From contig CAWHDZ010000027.1 in the NCBI GenBank assembly GCA_963828255.1, positions 128,001 through 192,000 on the forward strand: a stretch of 64,000 nt of DNA, written 5' to 3'. Below are positions 57,398 through 64,000 of the stretch, in pieces. The stretch's first letter is position 1, and the number at the start of each line of letters is the position of its first letter. This DNA comes from an uncultured delta proteobacterium (lineage in GTDB: Bacteria; Myxococcota; Myxococcia; Myxococcales; Anaeromyxobacteraceae). The position numbers and the translations under genes are program-made. Under the pieces are notes generated by a model. It made no database searches. It saw nothing but the letters and a program-made list of their open reading frames with translations, and had not been told where the DNA came from.

Positions 57398-57456
57398 GGC
57401 CTTCCCCCGAAAATCCAGCTGGCTGGTGACGTTCACGTTCTCGGTGGTCATGGCGG

Positions 57457-60400
57457 TCACCAGGAGAGGGACGAGTGGTTCTTGCTGTGGCAGGTGCCGT
57501 TGCAGCGGCGCGACGTGCCGACGCCGGTGGACGTGAAGGTGAGGTTGGGCGCGAAGACCACGTTGACCGCGCCGTTCACGTGCAGCGTGGGACCGGTGAC
57601 GGCGGCATTCGTGGCGCTCGTCCCCGTCGCGATGCCGCTGTGGCACTCCGAGCAGTTGAAGCTGTTGCTGAAGTGCTTCGAGTGCCGCCCGGTCCTGGTG
57701 GTGGGCATGCTGTGGCAGTTGTTGCAGGTCACCACGGCGGTCGAGTTCCAGACCGGATCCGGTCTCGCCGTGGTCGCGGTGGTCCTCCCGTTCGTGAAGT
57801 TGCCGTGGCAATAGGTGGCCGAGCAGCCCGCGGTGGTGGCGTTGAAGGCCGGGGTCTTGCCGCCGGTCTTCGCGAGCGTGCCGAAGGTCACGTTCTTCGT
57901 GCCGTTCTGGTGGTTGGTCGCCGTCGGGACGGTGTGGCACTCGGTACAGGCGAAGTTGCTCGACCGGGTGGCGGTGGTGAGGTGCTTCATGTGGGCGCCG
58001 ACCGCGCGGCTCGTGGAGCTCCCGGTGGTGTCGACCGGAGGGGCGGCGGCGAGCTGCGGATTCAGGGCCGTGGCCGCGCGGCTCGCCGTGCCGTGGCAGG
58101 AGGTGCAGGTCATGCCGGTCGCGTCCTTGGTTCCGTTCATGTGGGTCGCGGGGTTGACCGTCGTCGCGGTGTAGCCAGCGTGGCAGCCCGCACAGGCGGT
58201 GCTGGTGGAGTGCGGAGCCGGGGGCGGTGCGCCGTGGCAGGCCGTGCAGCCCGAGGCCTGCGAGGCGCCTCCGGTCCACGACGGCGCAGCGACGGTGCGG
58301 CCGGTCAGGGTCGAGCCGTGGCAGTAGGTCGTGCAGGTCGCACCGTTCCAGGTGGAGGCTGCGCCGGCCAGGGTGCCCCAGGCCAGCTCGACCGTGGCGT
58401 TCGAGTGCGCGTTGCTCGCCGGTACCGCGTGGCACTCGCCGCAGGTGATGGCCGCCGTGCGCAGCCGGGTCCCGGTCAGGTGGGCCTGGTGCGCGCCCAC
58501 CGCTCGCGTCGTCGCGAGGGTCTCGCCCTTGCTGCCGCGGGGCGGCGCGGCGTAGAGCGGGGCAGCCTGCGTCGCCGTCTGCCCGGAGGTTCCGTGGCAG
58601 GAGGTGCAGGTCATCCCGGTCACCTCGAGGGCGCCGTTGAGGTGGGCCGTGGCGCTGACGGTGGTGGTGGAGTAGCCGGCGCCGTGGCAGGTCGCGCAGG
58701 CGCTCGCATTGGTGGGGTGGGTCCCGCCCGGAGGCAGGCCGTGGCAGCTGCCGCAGGCGGCGGCCGTCGCGCCGGCGGTCCAGCTCACCGCCGCGTTCGC
58801 CCCGTCCTTGAAGTTGCCGTGGCAGTAGGTGTTGGAGCAGGTTCCAGCGGCCGTTCCGGTCGTGGCCGTGTTGCTGCCGGTGTAGGAGGCGTTGGCGATC
58901 GCGCCGGTTGTCGCCAGCGTGCCGAAGGTCACGGTGGCGCGAGCGCCGTTCGTCCCGGCGCCGGTGGCATGGGCGACGTCCGCAGCGGCCGGAATCACGT
59001 GACACTCGGCGCAGGCCATCGCGGTCGCGCGCCAGCGGGTTCCGGAGAGGTGGGCGGCGTGGGCGCCCACGCCCGGGGCCGACGAGGCGGTCGCGCCGGT
59101 GGTGTCGGCGGCGGCGCCGTTCACGCCCGGGGCGGCGAGGTTGCTGGCCGGGAGGACTCCGGTTTGGGTCAGGTCGCCGTGGCAGAGCGTGCAACCGGCG
59201 CGGCTCACGTTCACCTGGCCGTCGACGTGGGTGGCCTGGACCACGCCCGTCGCCGAGTAGCCGGCGCCGTGGCAGGAGCCGCAGGCGGTGTTCCGCGGGT
59301 GGTGCGAGGCGGCCGAGAGGGCGGGCGGCGCGCCGTGGCAGGAGGTGCAACCGAGCGTGCCGGCCGCGGTCCAGGCCGGCGAGGCGACCACGCCGCTGCC
59401 GCCGGCGAAGTTGCCGTGGCAGTAGGTCGAGGAGCACGACCCGCCCGTGCCGACGGTGTAGCTCGCGCTGGATCCGGCGATGGGGGCGAAGGCGACCGTC
59501 ACGACGCCGTCGGCGTGGGCGTAGAAGCCGTTCATGAACGACGCCCAGGGGTGGCAGTCGGTGCAGAGCATGTTCCGGGAGCGCGTGCCGTTGGTGTGGG
59601 CCACGTGGGCGCCGACGCCGCGGGCGGTGGAGGAGGTGTTGAGCGAGGTGTCGCGCGGCGGCGCCGCCTCGACCTCGTCGGTGAAGGAGGTCGGGCTGGG
59701 AACGCGTCCCGGCGTGCCGTGGCAGCTCGCGCAGGTCACGTTCGCGCTGAGGTCGGCGACGCCGTTCCGGTGCTTCCCGCCAACGACGATGGCACCAGCG
59801 GCATTGACGGTGTCGGCATGGCACTCCACGCAGGTGGTGATGCCGCCCACAACCGTCTTGTGGCGCGGGTTGGCGGGCGGGGCGCCGTGGCAGGAATCGC
59901 AGGCGGTCGTCGACACGTCGACCGTCCCGTTGACGTGGACGGCGGCGTTGACGGTCGTCGCGGTGTAGCCGTCGTGGCAGCCACCGCACGCGGTGGAGGT
60001 GGAATGCGGTGCCGGCGGCGGGGCGCCGTGGCAGGAGCCGCAGGCGCGCTGGGAGCCGTCGGTGGTGGTCCAGATGGGCGTCTTGGCGTTGCCGCCGCCG
60101 AGGCTGGCGCCGTGGCAGTATGTGTTCGAGCAGGTTCCGGAGGCGCGGTCCCAGGCCGGGACGAAGCTCGGGTTGGCCGAGGCGAGCCCGGAGAAGGTCA
60201 CGGTGGCGATGCCGCCACCGGCGACGTGGCCGGCGGCCAGTGCGTCGGCCGGCACGACGTGGCACACGGAGCAGGCGACGGGCTGCGCGAGCCCATGGGT
60301 CGCGCCGAGGTGGGAGGCGTGGGTCCCGACACGAACGGTTTCTCCGGACTTGCCCCATGTGGCCTTGGGCGGGGCGCCCGTCTGGCTGCCGGTTCCGCCA

Positions 60401-60837
60401 TGGCACATCACGCAGTTGGTCTTCCAGGCGGCGCCGTGGCAGTCGGCGCAGGACACCGTGGTGGTCCCGCCCACGCCGTCGAGGGCCGTTCCGTGGCAGC
60501 CACGGCACGACCCGAGACCGAGGTTCGCGGTGTAGGCGTGGAAGCCGACGCTGGCCTGGTCCATCCAGAGGACGTCGTGCCCGGTGGCCTTCGCGCCGCA
60601 CGGGTGGCACGACTCGCAGCTCTGCGCCGCGTACTGGTCGTGGCCGAGGCGCGGCGTGCAGGTCAGGCTCGCAGCGGTCGAGCGAACCACCGGGACGCGA
60701 GCCGCCGGAGCCGCTGCGGGCGGTGCTTCCGGCGTGGTCGGTTCCGGCGGCTGGGAGGCGCCGCAGCCCGTGAGGGCCATGGCGGTGGCGAGGCACACGA
60801 CGATCGAGACCGAGCCGCTGCGTCCCTGCTGCATCAC
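57457..60837 (-). CDS. CxxxxCH/CxxCH-domain multiheme lipoprotein cytochrome (~31 hemes)
   Basis: Lipobox LTGC; 25 CxxCH + 4 Cx4CH + 2 Cx3CH by hand count; repeated VGAHxxH...CSNTYCHG modules. Confidence 0.92.
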   Translation of the reverse strand: MMQQGRSGSVSIVVCLATAMALTGCGASQPPEPTTPEAPPAAAPAARVPVVRSTAASLTCTPRLGHDQYAAQSCESCHPCGAKATGHDVLWMDQASVGFHAYTANLGLGSCRGCHGTALDGVGGTTTVSCADCHGAAWKTNCVMCHGGTGSQTGAPPKATWGKSGETVRVGTHASHLGATHGLAQPVACSVCHVVPADALAAGHVAGGGIATVTFSGLASANPSFVPAWDRASGTCSNTYCHGASLGGGNAKTPIWTTTDGSQRACGSCHGAPPPAPHSTSTACGGCHDGYTATTVNAAVHVNGTVDVSTTACDSCHGAPPANPRHKTVVGGITTCVECHADTVNAAGAIVVGGKHRNGVADLSANVTCASCHGTPGRVPSPTSFTDEVEAAPPRDTSLNTSSTARGVGAHVAHTNGTRSRNMLCTDCHPWASFMNGFYAHADGVVTVAFAPIAGSSASYTVGTGGSCSSTYCHGNFAGGSGVVASPAWTAAGTLGCTSCHGAPPALSAASHHPRNTACGSCHGAGYSATGVVQATHVDGQVNVSRAGCTLCHGDLTQTGVLPASNLAAPGVNGAAADTTGATASSAPGVGAHAAHLSGTRWRATAMACAECHVIPAAADVAHATGAGTNGARATVTFGTLATTGAIANASYTGSNTATTGTAAGTCSNTYCHGNFKDGANAAVSWTAGATAAACGSCHGLPPGGTHPTNASACATCHGAGYSTTTVSATAHLNGALEVTGMTCTSCHGTSGQTATQAAPLYAAPPRGSKGETLATTRAVGAHQAHLTGTRLRTAAITCGECHAVPASNAHSNATVELAWGTLAGAASTWNGATCTTYCHGSTLTGRTVAAPSWTGGASQASGCTACHGAPPPAPHSTSTACAGCHAGYTATTVNPATHMNGTKDATGMTCTSCHGTASRAATALNPQLAAAPPVDTTGSSTSRAVGAHMKHLTTATRSSNFACTECHTVPTATNHQNGTKNVTFGTLAKTGGKTPAFNATTAGCSATYCHGNFTNGRTTATTARPDPVWNSTAVVTCNNCHSMPTTRTGRHSKHFSNSFNCSECHSGIATGTSATNAAVTGPTLHVNGAVNVVFAPNLTFTSTGVGTSRRCNGTCHSKNHSSLSW

Positions 60838-60902
60838 TGTTTCCCCTCTCCAGAGCGATTCGAAATCGCTCCCTCCCAGGGGTCGACCCTGGATGGCGGG
60901 GG

Positions 60903-60944
60903 AAACTAGAGAAATTCCTCAGGCGTTTCGTTGATGCACGTCAA
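60903..60944 (-). promoter_or_regulatory. Fnr/Crp-type box with class II promoter geometry
   Basis: TTGATgcacGTCAA at 60931-60944; minus-strand -10 TAGTTT at 60908-60903; box centre ~41.5 nt from a predicted start near 60896; AT-rich intergenic region. Confidence 0.65.
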
Positions 60945-61150
60945 TTACGATAATTGCTCGACTTCATTGATGATTAGAACGCCATCATCATCTTAACAAA
61001 ATGCAATCCATGCGCTGTCCCGCTATCGCGGGGCATTGAGGAATTCCGACAATTCCCCACTTAGGGGCCAGGGTAGTGCCCGTTGATTCTGGCGGAGCGC
61101 GCAAAATCGTCGCATCCCAGAAAACGAATACGCCCCATCAGGGACTTCAA

Positions 61151-61606
61151 TTATTCCGCAGGCCCCTCCGCCGCGGGGTCGCGCGGAGCCATGCCGCAAA
61201 GCACCGCGAACTGGTTCGAGAGGTGCGCCTTCACCTTCGCCGCTTCCTCTCCCGCGGGCCCGGGCACGACCTTCTCGTCCTCGTAGATCTCGACGGTGAG
61301 GATCGACCCGTTCACGACCGACTGGTGCCTGGCCCGCACCACCACCGTCGCGGCGAAGCCGTCTCGCCCCTCGAATCCGCGGACCTGCACGGTGACGGTG
61401 TCGGAGGCCCCGGGATCCACGCGGAAGCCGCACTTCCCCAGGTCCTCCCCGGCCTGCATGACGAGGGCCTTGGTCTCGATCCCGTGCCGGGCCGCGACGG
61501 GGTTGACCGTGACGTCCAAGCGGAGCCGGGCGCCGTCCTTCACGTAAAGCGAAAGGGGACCCAGCATCGACAAGGCGAGCGCCATCGTGATGGATAGAAC
61601 GGTCAT
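61151..61606 (-). CDS. Hypothetical exported protein
   Basis: N-terminal hydrophobic segment, GGAGG RBS, plausible codon usage. Confidence 0.55.
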   Translation of the reverse strand: MTVLSITMALALSMLGPLSLYVKDGARLRLDVTVNPVAARHGIETKALVMQAGEDLGKCGFRVDPGASDTVTVQVRGFEGRDGFAATVVVRARHQSVVNGSILTVEIYEDEKVVPGPAGEEAAKVKAHLSNQFAVLCGMAPRDPAAEGPAE

Positions 61607-62102
61607 CTCATGCCTCCGGCAGACAGACTACGCCGGGCCGGCCTCCTGGTGGGCGCCCCTACAGGGGACCGGCCCACCCAGACCCGGCCGTGACCCAAGA
61701 ATCGTTCGACCTTCGGGCCCTCGATCAGCGAAAGCTCTTCGCTGCCAGCAGGTTGTTCCGTTTGCGTTCCTGGCGGAATGAGGACCTAGCACTCTCCCGG
61801 GCTCATCCGGAAGCGAGGGTCGGAAGCGATCATCTATTCCACCTCCAGTCAAGTCAAGCCAACGGAGGAGGCGGCACACATGTGCACGTCCAGTCCCACG
61901 ACGCTATCGGCACTCGCCGCGGCCGCACTCGGCCTCGCGGCGTGCTCGGGCAACTGCTCAATCCCGGCCTCAAGCTGACGGACGCCCACGGCCAGAGCTG
62001 GGTTGCCCGCCGTGTTCCCGGACGGCCATCAGACGCAGATCGACTTCGCCGCGCCGTGGGGATAGGGAAGGCGGAGCCGCCCCCGGCGCCCCCGCCCTCC
62101 CG

Positions 62103-62801
62103 TCAGTTCCGCCGCCCGCCGAACAGGTTCAGGAGCGACAGGAACAGGTTGATGAAATTCAGGTAGAGCGACAGCGCGCCGCTCACCGGCAGCGCGGCCA
62201 CCCCGGAACCCGCCACCGCCATGCGGCGAAGCCGCTGGGTGTCGTAGGCGATGAGCCCGGTGAAGACCACCACCGCGGCCGCCGACACCACGAACTGCAG
62301 CATGCTGTTCTTCATGAAGATGTTCACGACGCTGGCGATGACGACGCCGATGAGCCCCATGAAGAGGAACGTGGACCATCCGGCCAGGTCGCGCTTCGTC
62401 ACCGTCGCGTAGATGCTCATGGTGAAGAACGTTCCCGCCGTGACCGCGAACGCAGTCGCCACGGAGGTCCCGGTGTAGGCGATCAGGACCACCGAGATCG
62501 TGGCCCCGGTGAGGGCCGAGTAGAGCAGGAAGAGGGCGCCGGCCGTCCCGGCCGAGAGCTTGTTCACCGCCGCCGAGAGGGCGATGACCAGGCCGAACTG
62601 GGCGATGATGAGCCCCCAGAAGACGATCCGGTTGCCGAAGATCACCTCGAGGGCCGCGGGCGTGGACGCCACGTAGTAAGCGACACCCGCGGTGACGAGC
62701 AGTCCGAAGGTCATCCAGCGGTACACGGCGGCCATGAAGCGGCGCTCCACGTCGGAGGCGCCGCGGGTCACGACCTGGTAGTTCTCGTATGCTTTTGCCA
62801 T
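62103..62801 (-). CDS. Bax inhibitor-1/YccA/YbhL family membrane protein
   Basis: FMAAVYRWM, FTGLIAYDTQRL, GALSLYLNFINLFL. Confidence 0.92.
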   Translation of the reverse strand: MAKAYENYQVVTRGASDVERRFMAAVYRWMTFGLLVTAGVAYYVASTPAALEVIFGNRIVFWGLIIAQFGLVIALSAAVNKLSAGTAGALFLLYSALTGATISVVLIAYTGTSVATAFAVTAGTFFTMSIYATVTKRDLAGWSTFLFMGLIGVVIASVVNIFMKNSMLQFVVSAAAVVVFTGLIAYDTQRLRRMAVAGSGVAALPVSGALSLYLNFINLFLSLLNLFGGRRN

Positions 62802-62876
62802 CCCGGGATTGTAACCACGGCGGGGCGGTTCGCCAGCGCCGGGAGGGAGGATCTCGATCCCAGGAGTTACGGGGGC

Positions 62877-63524
62877 TTACGTCAGCCCTTCCAGCGCCGG
62901 AAGCACGTCCCCCACCCGTTCCGCCCACGCCGTGGGCCGGGCCTTCGCCAGATCCTCCCGGCTGAATGGCCCCCAGAGCGCGGCCACGGTCGCCACCCCC
63001 GCGGCGTTCCCGGCGACCACGTCGTGCGGCGAGTCCCCCACGAACGAGGCCTCCTCCGCCCGGGCCCCGAGCCGCCCGAGCGCGTACCGCACCGGCGCGG
63101 GATCGGGCTTGTGCTTCTCCGTGGCCTCGAGCCCGACCACGCACGCGAAGTGACGCGTGAGCCCGAGGAAGTCGAGGGACCGCAGCGCCGAGGGCTCTAG
63201 CTTGGAGGTGACGACCGCCATCCGCACGCCGCGCGCGGTGAGCGCGTCCAGCATCTCCGGGACACCCGGGAAGGCCCGCACCATGGCGTCGTGGTGCGCC
63301 CACTGGTGAACCTTGTACCGCTCCTTCACCCGCTCGACGTCGGCCTCGTCGCCCGCCCAGCGCCGGATCATGCCGTCGAGCGGCGTGCCGATGAGGGCCA
63401 CCCACTCGGCCACCCCGGGTGCGTTGGGGTGGCCCTCGAAGGCGTGCTTCATCGACGACAGGATGAGCGGGATCGAGTCGATGAGCGTCCCGTCGAGGTC
63501 GAAGAGGACCGCGCGGGGGAGCAT
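62877..63524 (-). CDS. HAD-superfamily hydrolase (PpaX/Gph-like)
   Basis: FDLDGTLIDS, VVTSK, KPDP, VGDSPHD. Confidence 0.9.
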   Translation of the reverse strand: MLPRAVLFDLDGTLIDSIPLILSSMKHAFEGHPNAPGVAEWVALIGTPLDGMIRRWAGDEADVERVKERYKVHQWAHHDAMVRAFPGVPEMLDALTARGVRMAVVTSKLEPSALRSLDFLGLTRHFACVVGLEATEKHKPDPAPVRYALGRLGARAEEASFVGDSPHDVVAGNAAGVATVAALWGPFSREDLAKARPTAWAERVGDVLPALEGLT

Positions 63525-63544
63525 CGACCGGAACCCGGGACCGG

Positions 63545-64000
63545 CTACAGCATCCCCGGCTTGCCCGCCTTGAAGCGGTTGTACTCGGTGGTGAGGATGT
63601 CCACGTGCTCCCGCTCCTCGGCGGCCAGCTCCTTGTAGAGCTGCTGCTCCATGGAACCCGGCGCGCAGCCGGCGCCCTTCTCCGAGAAGTACTTCACCGC
63701 CCGCTGCTCGAACGCGATGGCGATGCGGAAGAGGTTGGCCGGGTCCTGCGGGTCGTTGGGGATGCCCGCGTAGACGGCCGCACGCTCGGTCTTGAACCCC
63801 TCCGAGGCCTCGCTCACGTCCACGTGGTAGCGGCCGGAGAGGGTCTCCATGTGCTCCTTCTCCATCTCCGCGAACTTGCCGAAGAGGGTCCGGAGGTCCG
63901 GGTCCTTGGCCTCGGTGGCGGCCCGCTTGTAGAAGGCCATGCCGCCCAGCTCGATCTCGAAGGCGATGCGGACGGCCTCGAGCGCCTTGGCGTCGGCGAT
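63545..64000 (-). CDS. Ferritin-like/rubrerythrin-domain protein (5' end outside window)
   Basis: IAFEIELGGMAFY...EMEKEH...IAIAFEQRAVKYF...EEREH diiron ExxH motifs. Confidence 0.78.
   Translation of the reverse strand: MADAKALEAVRIAFEIELGGMAFYKRAATEAKDPDLRTLFGKFAEMEKEHMETLSGRYHVDVSEASEGFKTERAAVYAGIPNDPQDPANLFRIAIAFEQRAVKYFSEKGAGCAPGSMEQQLYKELAAEEREHVDILTTEYNRFKAGKPGML

Noticed and set aside
55319..60796. 1825-aa ORF suggesting one fused giant cytochrome or a programmed frameshift
   Set aside because: The upstream part is an Arg/Pro-rich shadow frame of 57457-60837; the downstream gene has its own start and lipobox, and the upstream TGA is followed by further in-frame stops
47736..60837. Recurrent gtggcag motifs resembling a repeat array or CRISPR
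   Set aside because: They are reverse-complement Cys-His codons of heme motifs; there is no constant repeat-spacer structure and no cas gene
61690..61800. Hairpin cagcgaa-agctc-ttcgctg and neighbours as a possible ncRNA
   Set aside because: Single short stem with no recognisable family features
1..64000. tRNA, rRNA, integrase or transposase marking an island
   Set aside because: None recognised; horizontal origin of the cytochrome locus cannot be supported from this window alone

Overview
Very GC-rich bacterial DNA; gene content and protein style suggest an Anaeromyxobacter-like Myxococcota genome (inference, no marker gene in the window). About 1-33.6 kb is mostly metabolic and housekeeping: msrP, an IorAB-type molybdoenzyme, ppk2, an alanine aminotransferase, aspT, an alcohol dehydrogenase, an MFS transporter, an amidase, a cold-shock gene and asd. 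This part also holds a putative sterol-modification cluster (steroid 5-alpha-reductase, two extended SDRs, an ERG2/sigma-1-receptor homologue, an SRPBCC protein), bracketed by two paralogous HNH endonuclease genes that lack their own stop codons. About 34-61 kb is a large extracellular electron transfer locus. It encodes two OmcS-like hexaheme cytochromes (one with its own sigma54-like promoter and terminator), ~10-heme, 42-heme and 3-heme cytochromes, and two Thr-rich CxxxxCH/CxxCH lipoprotein cytochromes (~19 and ~31 hemes, behind an Fnr/Crp-type promoter). It also encodes an NHL propeller, two parvulin PPIases, an outer-membrane barrel, two CsgG/PelC-like proteins and three GT-C/TMTC-like membrane glycosyltransferases. 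I read this as a candidate cytochrome-nanowire biogenesis and glycosylation system. All calls come from reading the sequence and recalling family motifs; no searches were run, and heme counts are by hand.
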